The position numbers were made by a program, and so were the translations under genes. A stretch of 64,000 bases of DNA from Adineta vaga (Eukaryota > Animalia > Rotifera), in assembly GCA_021613535.1 (NCBI GenBank), contig CP075494.1, forward strand, positions 6,944,001 to 7,008,000, given 5' to 3'. The notes beneath the pieces were generated by a model. That model made no database searches and was not told the DNA's origin. It saw only the letters and a list, made by a program, of their open reading frames with translations. Positions 48,330 to 62,404 of this stretch are shown piece after piece (the first letter of the stretch is position 1; every line of letters starts with the position of its first letter).

Positions 48330-50289
48330 TTATTCTTCATTATCTTGATCTATTTCTTGCTGTTCTCGTTGAGTTGCTCGATTGGATAATATTGCTCGTC
48401 TATTGCTATGTTGAACTTGATGATTATTATCTAATTCATCATTCGAAGGTGTTTTCGTTGTCGTTTCTTCCGCTTGTTTTGATTCATAATATTGAAAATC
48501 ATCGAATATCGATGTTTTATGACGATACATATGTAAAGTTTTTAACATTAATTTGCCTTTTTCATACGGAACTTCTTGTGTATCTCGAGAATTTGTCACC
48601 GGTTTATTTTCATTATTTTCCAAACGAATATTCCGAAATTGTTGATTTGGTACGTCTTTAACATAAATCCATTTTACTTCAAATTTACCTTGCCATTTAT
48701 TTGACATATGCCAAACATCTGTTTGATGTTCATAATCCAGTGGTGACATCATTTCAGCCATACCACAAAAATGACCTGAAGCATTAACAGAGTAAAATAA
48801 ATAAATTGGACCTTTGCCTTCACGTTCACGAAATGCATTGTCTAAACGTTTATTTCCATGTTCAGTTGAACACCAAATATTATATTTAATAGAACGATGT
48901 ACATCATCTTCCGAATACTATTGAAAAGAAAAGAGACAAAAATATAACAATCGAAGATTTTGAAATTAATGATTACATACGGATTTGATTACAAAAAATC
49001 GAGCGCCTTTCGGATTCAAATTGAAATCTTGAGGATTGTATTGATGATCATGTCTATTTGTATCTTGACTACTATTCATCGTCCGAGATGATGAAGGATT
49101 TTGTCGTCTGTTAGTATTAGTATTATTGTTATTATTATTCGATGAGCGTTCGGAATTATTATTAGTCCATTGAAGAAAACCACTATTACCAAATGATTGT
49201 TGTTGTTGTTGAGAACGAGAATTAAATCCTGTTGAATTATTGCGTGATTGTTGAGTATTAGAACGTGTAGTTAATGAGTCATTCGAAGGATTAGATACAT
49301 GTTCATTGCTTGTACGAAGAGGAAAATTTGAACTAGATGATATTGTGTTTTTGTTGCTATTCGAATTTATAGTATCAGATGATACAACGGACGCATAAGA
49401 TTTTGGACCCGATGGTTGAGTTGGACGTGATAATGAAAAATGATTACCATTTGATTGATAATGTTGTTGCTGCTGCTGCTGTTGTTGTTGTTCTTTCGAA
49501 GATAAAAAATTGATATTTTGTGTAGGATCACTCGTACCATTATTATAATTATGAGAATCATTATTACCAAGATTAACTGATTTCATATGTTGAGCAAGCA
49601 TATCACCGACACCACCAGTATTCGATGGATATTCGTCATAAACAGTAGATTTCTTAGTTGAATTTGTATTATTGTTATTATTACTACCACCACCACCAAC
49701 AGGAGGCATTTGTTGTTGTATGGAAAGATTATGAGGATTCCATGACATGTCAAAATTTGATGTTCCTGTGGACGGTGCTGTAGGAAAAGTTGAAGGTGTA
49801 AAACCAGGATGATAATGAGGATAAGCATGTGGTGGTGGTGGAGGCTGTGGATAATCAAATGGATTATGTGGAATATCAAGTCCTGTTGGAGTATACATTG
49901 GTGCATGAAATTGTACTGGACCATTCGGTGGTAATCCAGTTGATGTTTCCGTTGATCCCCATTGATTATGTTCATCAAATCCACTAAAAGGTTGATACAG
50001 ACTTGGAGGATAATAAGAATAAATATCACTTGGATTCTGCATTGGTTGAATATTCATCAGATCGAAAGGACCTATAATATACATTTGATATACAATTCAA
50101 TATGATCGATCGAAGGAACAATACATATATATATATCTTTCTTTTTTTGTTCGATTATGATGTAAGAAAAGGGTTATATCCGTCGATATAATATGACCTA
50201 TCTCATGTATGCTTACCTGTTGGATATCCATACTGCATATTGGTCGATGATGATGCATTGGACTGTGCTGAACTACGTTCGTTAATCAT
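48330..50289 (-). CDS. YTHDF: YTH-domain m6A reader (YTHDF type) with P/Q/N-rich low-complexity N-terminus
   Basis: [34 protein letters not shown]...[10 protein letters not shown]...[10 protein letters not shown]...[13 protein letters not shown]. Confidence 0.95.
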
Positions 50290-50798
50290 GATTATGTTCT
50301 TTTTTTGTTTCAATATAATAGATTAGTCATGACTAGAAATGAGAAAGAGAAACAATGATATCATTAAAAATTAATTGAAAAAAAAACATTTGTCAGAGTA
50401 TTAATCTTAAATGATAATCTAACTTTTTCTCTTTTATATTTTTAGTTCTAATTGATTGACTAACTAAACAAAATAAAGTGATTATAATAAACAAGCAAAT
50501 AAATAATCGATGGATGACGAGACGAGATATTCAAGTAGAATCGAGCCTAGACAAATGAATAAACCAATGAACAATCGAATTGTTTGAAAATTAAAATTTT
50601 TAATCGAGTGAAAAAAATATTTTTTCTCAAAAAATTATGTAATTCCGATACAAATCGAATAAATTGTTTTAAAAATACAATATTTTTCTTTTACAGAAAT
50701 AGATGACACTATGTTCCAGCCAATCAAAAATTGAGTCATTGAATCGTTCTTTTTTTCCTGCTTCTCTCAACTCAATTGATACTTGTTTTGGTTTGATC

Positions 50799-53700
50799 AT
50801 GGAATATCTCGAAAAATTGAAAGTTTATGGTGATCAAGTTAAAAATGTCGTCGTTAAATCAATGGTTGATACTGCTCATGGTGGTCAAAAAATGCTTAAA
50901 GATGTTTTACCAGGAAATCTTGTGACACGAGAATATGAAGTATGTTTGAAAATAATGTTTTTTATTAAGAGATAGAATTAAATTTGTTTGTTTGTTTGTA
51001 GTTAGTGAAACCGCTTGGTTCTGCTGGACCTGGACTTCTTTGGCGAATTTATGGAGCGATAAAACGTTCAACTAAACAGGTAGGATTTCTAAGAAAAAGA
51101 ATGAATTGTTAATAAGACGGGTTTTCATTTAGGAAGCAGCAGTATTCGTTTTGGAAAAACGTTTACTGGATAAATACGCGAAAAAAGATCGTGATTTGAT
51201 TCTTGAAGCTATGAAAAAAGGTTTTGTTCTTTTATCGAACGTGTTTCTTTTTACAGTAAAATAATCTATTATTCAGGTGTACAACAATTAGCAAAGATTA
51301 AACATCCACGTGTTTTAAGTCTTCAACATCCTTTAGAAGAATCCAGGTATCTTATCTGATTTTATTTTAACATATGAAACAATGAATCATTGATTCTTTA
51401 CGTATAGAGATAGTTTAGCATTTGCAACCGAATCATGTTTTGGTAGTTTAGCTAATTGTCTGGGTTGTTATGATAATATCACACAACCAATACCAAAAGA
51501 ATTCGAAGATTACAAGTTATATGATGTAGAAATTCGTTATGGAATTGTTCAGGTTTGTTTATTAATTTTGAAAAAAACGAGACTTTTATATTGTTTTCTT
51601 TAAATAGCTTTGTGAAGGTTTAACATTTCTTCATAATGAAGTGAAATTATTTCATCGAAATCTTTGTCCTGAATCTATCATTATCAATTCGAATGGAGCA
51701 TGGAAATTATCAGGATTTGAATTGTGTATTCAAGGTTCAGCTGATGGAGTAAGGTTTCTCCTCTCAAATTTCATTGTCTAATTCGTCTTCTTTGATTAGA
51801 CAACTTATCCATTTCGAGAATATGATGGAAATATTCCTGCAATTATTAATCCACCTTTGGATTATATGGCACCTGAATATCACACAACGAAATCTTATGA
51901 TACTCAATCTGATATGTTTTCACTAGGAATGATTATATATGCATTATATAATCATGGTAAAACTCTCAACGAATGTCGTGAAAATTATTCAACATTTATT
52001 AAAGCATGTGATGATTTAAAATCGATCAATACAACGAAATTATCTATATTACCTGTTGAAGTTCGTGATCATGTAAAAATGTTACTTAGCTTTAAGCCAG
52101 AATTAAGACCTGATGCTGGACAATTTTCTAAAGTAAAAGAAAAATAAAAGTTTGAAAAAAACTCGAAGATTTGATTTGTTGTGTTTAGGTACCGTTTTTT
52201 CAAGATATTGGAACAAAAACATTAGAATATCTTGATTCATTATTTCAAGTTGATAATCTTCAACGTTCGATGTTCTATAAAAGTCTTCCACAAGTGATTG
52301 ATAAATTACCAATGGTAAAATTCAATCGAAGATTTTTATCATATAAGAACGATGTCTTTCTTCGTTTTCTAGCGTGTAAATCTACAACGAATTACATCGG
52401 CACTTGAATTGGAATTTATCAATCCTGAAATGGTTCCATTTGTTCTTCCAAATATGTTTCTTATTGCTGTATGTTGATATATTTTGGAAAAAATAGTCTG
52501 TTTTCATATAACTTTCTAAATAGGAAAAAGCAAGTAATGAAGAATATCAAAGATATATCTTCCCTAAACTGAAACAAGTGTTTAAAATTCAAAAACCTCC
52601 TCAGGTAACAATTGAATACTTCATTTTCTATAATTCATATTTCTTGTTCTTTCATTTTAGGGAAGTGGCGCATCGGGTTGTGTTATGCAGGTAAAAGATT
52701 TTAATACTATCTTCTTTCCATACAATGAATTTGTTTATTTAGACACTTCTCATCTTAATGCGTAATATGAATTTAATGTTAACAAAAACACCACCCGAAG
52801 ATATAAAACAACATATTTTACCTGTTGTTTACAATGCTTTAGATGCTGAATCATCACAAGTTCAAGTATGTATTTATAGATGATAGATGAAAATTTTTCA
52901 TTGACCTTTTTTCTTTTCTAGGAACTTTGTTTGGCTATTATCCCATCATTTGCACATCTAATTGATTTACAAGCAATGAAATATTGTATATTACCACGTA
53001 TAAAAAAGATCTGTTTTGAAACAATAACATTAAGTGTACGTTCATTCACTTTACTTTCACTATTCTAACATTAATGATTTTAGGTTCGTGTGAATTGTTT
53101 AATATGTCTTGGTAAATTGGTTGAATCATTAGATAAATGGATTATTATTGATGAAGTTATACCATTACTTCAATCTATTCCATCACGTGAACCTGCTGTT
53201 CTTATGGCAATATTAGGAATTATAAAAGTTGCAATGTCATCAACGAAATCTGGTGGATTACCACGTGAAATATTAGCAACAAAAGTGATTCCATTTTTAG
53301 TACCAATATCAATTGAAACAAGTCTTAATCTTAATCAAGTAATGATATTTTTAAGACTTGAATATTTTGTTCACTATCTTATTTTAGTTCAATGCATATA
53401 TGGCAACAATAAAAGATATGTTACAAACTGTCGAAATTGAACAACGAAAAAAGCTTGAACAACTTTCTCAACAAGCTGCTAAGTAAAGATTATCATACAA
53501 TGAAAATTCTTTGTCTATTCAAGGAATATTTTAGTGCACCTATTGTACCTATTGGTCCATCAGCAGCTGATATACAATTCGATCAAAAATCATCAATGGT
53601 GTGAATTGAAAAAAATTTCTACCTTCAATATCTATTTGCATTTATTTTTCTTTCTATAGATTGATCAGTTTATGTTAGGTCATGGATTTAATTCAGAAGT

Positions 53701-54461
53701 AGCTCAAAATAAAACGATGGCAGCTACTTTTGACCATAATCAATCCAATGATACATTCAAACCACAACAAACACCAACGAATCAAGCAACATCATCAGAA
53801 AATTCTCTGGGAAAAAAGGTAGATGGTTCTTTTTGTTATAGAAGTAAATTTTGAACTATTTTTTGCCTTGTGAATTTGTTAGACATTGACATTAGAAGAC
53901 AAAGAACGTATGATGCGTGAAAGTGATCAAACTCAACGAATGAAATATCAAGGTGAACTTGTTCCTGAACGAAAAACACCAGTATCAACATCTTCAAATT
54001 TACCATTAATGGCAATGACACCAATATCAGCTACAGTACCAACGAATGATTCGTCTGCAGCATATTTTAAAGATTTAACCAGTACACTATTCGAACAAAG
54101 GCCATCTCAACCAATGTATACTATGACAACATCTCAAACGATGCCATCATTGTTACGTCCAACGATAACAAATCCTACATCTCTTATGCAACCGCGACCA
54201 TCAATGAATACTACAGATTTAACATCTAGTCTTCTAAATAATATGACTTCTCTTAGTTCTCGATCACAAATGGCTCCAACAACATTACCATTGAATTCTA
54301 TGAATACGAATATGAATTTTTCTCAATTTAATTCAGGAACAACAAATGGAGGTGTGGGATTATTTCAACCACCACCACCACCTGCATCGACAATCGTTAA
54401 GAATACTCCAACACCTAATTCAAAAACAGCAGCCGCTGAATTAGATGATCTATTTAATTAA
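50799..54461 (+). CDS. SCYL2: SCY1-like pseudokinase 2 (CVAK104), multi-exon
   Basis: GNLVTREYE, SAGPGLLWRIY, KHPRVLSLQHPLEES/RDSLAFATE, HRNLCPESI...WKLSGF, LDYMAPE; HEAT region; ends ELDDLFN. Confidence 0.92.
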
Positions 54462-54979
54462 TAATCTCAAAACAGTGATCCATACTATTTACATTCCTTT
54501 TCGTTTTCGAAAATATGGTTTTATGTTGTTATTAGTCATATTTATTTTATTTATTGTTCTATATTATCTTGTGTGGATGTGTATAATTTTATTTCTCATG
54601 TAATAAATGAATTCAAATGAGTATTTATTTTAACATCGGATAATTATTCGAGCGAAACTGATTGAATAAAGAAAGATAGAAAATAGCAAATCTATAAGCG
54701 TGGTAAAAATAAATTATTTTGTGGTTACGTTTTTCTTTCTGTTGTATACGTAGAACAGAAATATACTTGTATTTGACTTATCGTTTTTCTTGATCAAGCT
54801 AAAACACCATCAATATTAGTAGATTATTTTGCAACGTGAGACAAGCTTCATGGTCGATTTGAGGTAACCTTAGAAGCAAGGTCATTTTTATACACGTGTT
54901 TACATTATTTACTCTTTTATTTCAAAGAATAAGGTATATTTATCGAGAAAGTATTGGAATATACAAACTAAAATAAGTA

Positions 54980-56604
54980 ATGGCTAGTCCAGTCTTTGAA
55001 TTTCCATATTCCGGATATAAATCATCGGCTATCCCGTTCTTAAATTATAATCCAAGTGGTTTAACACCAGTAAGTATAACTAACTTTTGTGATGCGTAAA
55101 TAAACAATTGATTATTTCGATTGAATAGTATAACGTCTCATCATTAGATAGTTTATTTCATGATCGATCTTCTACTTTTACCGTACCAGATTCTCGTCAA
55201 TTATTTCAAGATCTGGGTAATAATACTGTCGTTTATAAAATACCAGGTCAGTATTCTCTAGTGATACAAAGCAATCAGACATTGATGTAACTTCATCTAG
55301 ATCATATGTCTCTCGACACACTTTTGAGACAATTAGGTGTAGACGTTGACCACTTAAAACGAGCTTCTTCGTATAATGGCTATTATTCAAGTAAATCATC
55401 ATATATTACGATGAGAAAAGATAATTGAAATATTTATATTTTATTTCTTGAAGATGCATCATTACCATTTGAACGCCGAAGTTCATCATTTCCACGTGGC
55501 CGTCGTCGTCGATTAGAATGTCGTGAAGTTTCCGATTCTGAAGATGACGATCCTTCTCGAGATTCATCTCCACATCATCGACGTCATCGTCATCGTCATT
55601 CGTCAAACAGTGAATATAATCAATCACCTACCCGTGTTCATAATTTATTAAACAATGCATGGACGAAAGCAGCAGGAGTACCACGTAATTTGCCTCAGCA
55701 AACTTCAGGGTCTAATATTAATTTGCAAGGGCAAGGTATGCAAAGTGGCCTATCATCGATATCGCCAGAACATCGAGATGCTGTTTCAAATGTTTGGACT
55801 CAAGCTACAAATGCATCTACAAGCAAACCTAATTTCCTTTCTAGTTTCTTTAAAAAAATGAAACCGGGAAATACAAATACTGATACACAGTCACAAGGAC
55901 CACAACAAAACAATTCAGCTGCACAAAATTATGCTTCTGCAAACAATTTTTTTGGTGGAGGAAACCAACCAAATAATGCCGCAGCAAATGTTTTCAATGC
56001 AGCACAGCAAGGTGCACCTTCAAATCAGAATCTTGCTTGGAATCGAATGTCTGGAGCTTCACCACCACAACAAACATCCTACCCGCCGGGGCCACAAATG
56101 AATTCAATGTGGAATCAGATGTCTGGAGCTCGACCAGCTCCTCCACAACAAACATCCTACCCGCCGGGACCACAAATGAATTCCATGTGGAGTCAAATGT
56201 CTGGTGCCCGACCTCCTCCTCCACAACAACCTATGTATCCTCCAGGACCACCAATGAATTCAATGTGGAATCAAATGTCTGGAGCTTCACCACAGCAACC
56301 ATCCTACCCACCAGGACCACCAATGAATTCAATGTGGAATCAAATGTCTGGAGCTTCACCACAGCAACCATCCTACCCACCAGGACCACCAATGAATTCA
56401 ATGTGGAATCAAATGTCTGGAGCTTCACCACAGCAACCATCCTACCCACCAGGACCACCAATGAATTCAATGTGGAATCAAATGTCTGGTGCCCGACCAC
56501 CTCCTCCACAACAACCTATGTATCCTCCAGGCCCACAACAAGGTTATTATCCATCTGCTCCACCACAGTCAGTGACTGCATTAGTTCGTCCTATACGCAC
56601 GTAA
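54980..56604 (+). CDS. Uncharacterised low-complexity protein with Pro/Gln/Met tandem repeats (4 exons)
   Basis: MASPVFEFPYSG... splices through canonical introns (about 55071-55128, 55247-55300, 55391-55453) in frame into the 55690-56604 ORF. Confidence 0.75.
56035..56540 (+). repeat. Coding tandem repeat with 69- and 78-nt units (MNSMWNQMSGA-S/RP-PQQPSYPPGPP)
   Basis: The unit core ATGAATTCNATGTGG starts at 56098, 56176, 56254, 56323, 56392 and 56461 (spacings 78, 78, 69, 69, 69). Confidence 0.92.
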
Positions 56605-57092
56605 TCTCCAGCAGACAGTGAATCTATATAGTTTTATTCTTTATCAACGTTCAATAAAAAAAATATATAGAAAAATTAATGTTTAAAATGAATTCTCTAA
56701 TAAAGAAGAAGGAAGAATAAAATTAGTTTTTTAAAGCAATGTCAAAAACAGAAGAAATGGCTCCAGTTCAAATAAATAACTGGAATTTGATATACCTCTT
56801 ATCTTATGCAAGAAACCAAGATGTAAATGTTCTTTTTTTCCAGAGACTGCTCTGGATAAACATCATTAGATAATGATTAGTCAAAATCGACGACACAAAC
56901 TATCTTTTGTGATAAAAATTAGTAATGTGTGTCTTTTTTGGATACAGCGTTTCTTATCATCAAGAAACAAAAGATATTGACAATGCATCGTCATTTTCAC
57001 TAAAAAGTTGAGTAATACCAAGATAAAATTCTTCAATAAAAACTGCGGAAAAAATGTCTTACTCTAGATCATAAAGTTATCTACTCAAAAAC

Positions 57093-58432
57093 ATGCAAAG
57101 CCTTACTTTCTTACTCATTTTCGGTTTTTCTACTGCAATATTAGCAGATATGTCATGTGTATTCAATTATGCAGGATATGGTGTTATTAATATAACATCA
57201 CTTGGTTTACGAAATGGGCAACCACGTTTTCGTGATCTATCAGCGATTTCAAGTTCATATTATATGTACTCATTCAATCCATGTTTTTCATTCTCAGAAA
57301 ATACTTGTCAGAATGCAGCCGTTTGTCAAAGTACGCTCGTGTTTATTAATTCATTTAGGTTACAGAATTTTTCTTCTTTAGTATCATCGGATCGAAAAAC
57401 ATCGTATACGTTAGGTACACACAATTCATCGTTTTGGACACTAGACGGATCCATGACACCTACATTAACGTATAATTCACAATCAAAAACAGTTACTATC
57501 AGAATGGTTTGTTCAAACACTAATGAAGACACGCTCGAGATACTGGGCGAACAAACCGTGAATCATTATTCAATGCTTTTACGATCGCGTTGTGCTTGTT
57601 GGAATGGATGTCGTGATCCTTTACCACCTTCAACAACTGTTACACCTAGTATGTACATTCATTTGATAATAATTAACTGAATCAAATCTATATCTTTAAA
57701 TGAATTAGGATCTTCATCTGCATCTACAACGAAAACAGGTTGGATATATTATGACTCATGTCAATATCATGATTCTCGATATGGTATCATCGATCTATCC
57801 ACAGTGGGTAGTATGACTGATCGACCAGCATTTAAAGATATTCAATCAATATATTCAACCAATTATGTCTGGTCTTATAATCCATGTTACTCTTTTTCTG
57901 AACATAAATGCCACAATGTAGCTGGATGTCAACGTAAGATTTCAACAACTAATTATATTTTTCTCTCTTTGCAAGAATTATCTATTGTGTTCTTTCTTTA
58001 GTTGATAAAACATCTAGTGTCAGTTATCCCATTGCATATCAAAATGCTGTATATTGGTTAAATATGAACAATACACGTAGTGTTAATCCAACAATTGTTT
58101 ATGCAACACCATCAACCAATCGACGTCTCAAAGTACAACTCATCTGCGATCGATCATCAAATCAACATCGTCTAGAAGTAGTTGGTGAAACGTCTGTCGG
58201 AGAATATTTGATGCAATTGACTAGTCCTTGTGCTTGTTGGAATGGATGTAGTCATCGACCTCCAAATCCGTCACCTAACTGGAATTTATGGAGTATTATT
58301 GGTATTGCTGGAGGCGTAATATTTTTATTATTCTTAATCATGATGACTTGTTTATTCTGTTCAAAACCAAAACGACGCAGCCAATATTTAACAGTCGGCG
58401 AGAAAACACCTATTTTTTACGTGAAAAATTGA
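57093..58432 (+). CDS. Type I membrane protein with two MRH (mannose-6-phosphate receptor homology)-like domains
   Basis: Signal peptide; two copies of Y-S-[FY]-NPC...[VG]CQ...C...GE...Y...L.S.CACWNGC; TM helix; short cytoplasmic tail YLTVGEKTPIF. Confidence 0.75.
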
Positions 58433-59112
58433 ATTTTCGAAAGAAAACATCACTTGTTTCCTTTAATAAATGCAATTTGATTGATGGCAGATGTACCCAA
58501 ATATTTTTTGCACTATTGTAATCATAACTAAATATCACAGGAATAGATACTAATACGACAATTACCACTAAATTTATCGAAATATTTCTATCCAAACAGT
58601 ATTAGATTTATTATTGGTATCTTAGTATAAACTAGAATTGATAATAGTAGAGTCGATGCAGAAGTTATTGATAAAGTCAAAGTTCTAGATCTTACGAAAG
58701 ATTGATAATCAACCATTGAGCATTTTAATAGTGCTTAAAGTTTTAATACAGATCTTTTCACTTGACTAAATTACTTTCTTCTGTATCTGATCGTTACGAA
58801 AAGATCAACACAATGTCCAACTTACATTCTTCAAGTATTCACACGAATAAAAGTATTGATTAACATCAGAAATCTTCATTAATTGTTGAGAATAGTCATT
58901 ATATCTTCTATAGTTCAAGAATATCATATATGTATTTCGGCAATAAAGAAAGAAGAAGAAATGAAGAGCTAGAATAGATGGCGAGATGCATGAACAGATA
59001 TTAAAAGCGAGTTGTTTAATTTAAATACGCAAAATAAGAACGAGATATTCATAGCCAGATAGGTTTTACACAAACCAAAAAAAGAAGAAATTATGAAAGA
59101 TATTTGTCGTAT

Positions 59113-60161
59113 TTATTTGTCTTTTGACGTTTCACTACCACCAGATGAGATAGCCAATTTAATCTAAATATAAAATAATATAAGCAGTGATATGAGTTTG
59201 TAAGAATAAGTCTTTTCTATACTTGTAATTTTCGATGTTCTTCATTAAGTTTATCATATTCTCTGACAGAATTGTCATATTGTTCTCGTAATGCATCGAT
59301 ATTTTCCTGTGCTTTGGTTACTTCTAATAAATATAAATATTAGAAAGAAACAAAGTTATTTTCTGGTTGTTCTTTGTCTCACGAACCTTGTTTATATTTT
59401 TCAATTTCTGCATCATGTTCTTTTGGATCAATATATCGTGATGAAGAATCTGATGAACCAGTAAGATCTTTTATATCAACTTTCTAAAATATCAAAATAG
59501 AAAATTTCCGTATGATTTATGAATTTTTACCTTTGGATCTTTTGATAAAAGTCCATCTACATGACGATGAGCACCTTCTGCTTGTTTACGTGCAGCTTCT
59601 GAATCAGCCATTTGACGTGCACAATCCGACAGAAGATTAATTAAACGTTTTATAACACTAAGAAAGAATATCTATGAATAAGAAAGCACGAAATTATTGA
59701 AATACTTACAACCAAAGAAAAAGAGCAAAACCAGCAATATAAACATTTCTTTGTGAACGGAATTGTTTCATATGTGCATGAGCTTCAGCATGTGGTGTCG
59801 CTAAATCTTTGACTTCGTAAGTCGAATATTTACGAAGTTCACGAATTGAATCTATAGAAATATGAAGAAAAGAAAAAGCTGAATAGAAAACTTTTTCTAA
59901 TGGAAATATTTACCAATAAAGAGTAACGCAAATATGCATATGATAAAATTAAAATAATATTTCGCACCAGCTGTAAATGCTTTTGCAATCCTTGATTTGA
60001 AAAGTTTCTGCCATCTTAAAGTCAAAATTGAACTTCGAAACAATTCAATTAAACCGATTATTAACTTACATGACCGGTGAGATGAATGGCAAAAGTAAGA
60101 TAAAGACGACGACTAATTCACAATAGAGAAATGTTGCAAGAAAAGTCCATTGAAAACTCAT
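59113..60161 (-). CDS. BCAP31: B-cell receptor-associated protein 31/29
   Basis: MSFQWTFLATFLYCELVVVFILLLPFISP, WQKLFKSR, KQFRSQRNVYIAGFALFL; coiled-coil tail. Confidence 0.93.
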
Positions 60162-60624
60162 GATTGATGACTTTTTTAAATGCTAAAAAAATATTATATA
60201 TATATATATATGCATATATTAGTGAGTGAAACAGTGAATGAATAATAGTACAGCTACTAGTTATGAGGTAATAGACTTGATAAACATAGATATGATTCAA
60301 TGCCTTGTTGTTCTCAGTTGATTGCACCTATTGGATATTTCATAGATAAAATACGAGATATTATTTAAAAAAATTTCTATATTAGATTTGATAGAATAAA
60401 TATTTTCAATTCGAATAAAACTTTGTAAAACCACTCATTTGATGTGATTGGTTAGAAAACCAACCAATACAATGTTATGCCCAAATGTGTGTAGTGTAAT
60501 AGAAAAATCAAATCGAAATGAAATCTTTCATCAATTAACAATTATTGCATCAGATATTATTTTCGCAAGAACAACATCAAGATAAAGAATTCAAAATCTA
60601 CTATTTTAATCCTAGATACTCAGA

Positions 60625-62203
60625 ATGACTACTGATCTTCCTTGTGTAAGCGTTCAAGAAGTTCTAAATTGTTCTTTTCCCGTTTGGTATCCTCTATTCA
60701 ATAAACATTCTATCAAAAGGTAATTGGAAAAACCTTTATTTTACCACAACTTTGACAACTACATTCGTTTAGCGTTATTCTCAATTTGACGGATGATGTT
60801 CTAGCTTATCTTCGTTCGGATGAATTTTATCTTCCAACAAGGTTTGTGTTTCTTCAATCTACTATATGTTTATTAATTAGATTATTTCAGCGCTAATGAA
60901 GCAATGGATGAGATGCGTAAAATCAATGCGGATGAAGCATCTTCAGAAAATGAGGATGATGACGATCATGTACGAATTTTCTTGTAAATTATTATTCTAT
61001 TTCTATTTAAATTTCATAGTGGTCGGATGAAGATGATGATACGACAAAAAAGGTTTGATATGATATATTCAGAAATATAATCACTGTAGGAATGTTATAG
61101 ATTTCCTTTCCAGAATTGGAAACACAAATCAAAGATGTATTGAATGACTATGATGCTGTTTTTCCAAAACTTAATTGGAGTAGTCCAAAAGTAATATATA
61201 TATATATACATATATCTATGATTATTTATTATTTAATAATATTCTTATATAGGATGCTCGTTGGATGATAAGTGATAGTCGATTGAAATGCACGAATTTA
61301 GCTGATGTATTTCTACTGTTAAAAAGTTCCGATTTCATTACTCATGACCTTTGTGAACCGTAAGAAATAGAATTGAAATTATTGATCAAATGTATTGAAT
61401 CATTATAGTTTCAAACATTGTCATGGTGATCATGCTAGTGTCTTATCCACACTTCAATATGTACTAGTATTAAGAAAATGGTCTGCTCTACAGCCATTCA
61501 AAGAATTTCGTTGTTTTGTAAAAAACAATCAAATTATTGGTACGTTTTCGAGAAAGAGATGACGTTTGGTAACATGGTTTTGTTCTGTAGGTATCAGTCA
61601 ACGCGATAGTGAAAATTATTATGATTTTATTGATAAAACTGCTGATCATATTCTTGATGATTTAGTTCAATTTTTCAAAGCTCATATTCAAAATAAATTT
61701 CTCTCCGTTGATTTTGTTGTTGATATTTATCGTAAAGATTCTGTAAGTTTAAATTACTCAACTATTAACCGTGTACAATAATTTATTTTCCAATAGAATA
61801 AATTATATATTATTGATTTCAATCCATGGGGTCCAATGACGGATAGTTTACTGTTTAATTGGTCAGAATTATTAACACTATCAACACAGGTAAATGCTTT
61901 GATATGTTTGTTATCTTTTGAAATGTACTTTGCAATCTAGAATACTAATGAACAACCAGAATTTCGTTATGTGAATTCACAAAATGGTATTCGACCAAAT
62001 AGTTATATACAATATGCAATGCCAAAAGATATTGCTGATATTTCCCGAGAACGAGATATCAATATGTTAGCTGATGTTCTATCAGTGAGTTATCAAGAAA
62101 AAAAAAGAGTGAATTTAAAATGAGATATTTTGTATCCTTTTTTTAGAGTCAAATACAAGTACAAAATAATGGTGTTGATAGTGATAATGAAGAAAAGAGT
62201 TGA
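60625..62203 (+). CDS. CDC123: Cell division cycle protein 123 (D123, eIF2 assembly ATP-grasp protein)
   Basis: VLNCSFPVWYPLF, VFPKLNWSSPK/DARW, FLLLKSSDFITHDL, EFRCFV, GISQRD, IDFNPWG. Confidence 0.94.
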
Positions 62204-62404
62204 TTCTGTTGTATTTTATATTAAAACTTTCGTTTTGTTAAAATATCGTTATTTCTTTAATACAAAAATCTATTATTCAGGAAAAAGTCTTGCTAGTTTT
62301 TTCAAGTTTAATTCAGACTGTCCAGACTAAGCGAGTCAGAATCATACAGTTTACGAAAATTCAGCTTAAGAGCAATTCAATAAAAAAATTACTTTACTTC
62401 AGAT

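Noticed and set aside
56035-56540. Regularly spaced repeats as a possible CRISPR array
   Set aside because: The 'spacers' are themselves repeated, unit lengths are multiples of 3 inside a spliced eukaryotic CDS, and there are no cas genes.
56037-56621. 194-aa Thr-rich ORF overlapping the repeat in another frame, plus antisense ORFs 55994-56224 and 56231-56509
   Set aside because: By-products of a stop-free tandem repeat; only the Pro/Gln frame splices to upstream exons.
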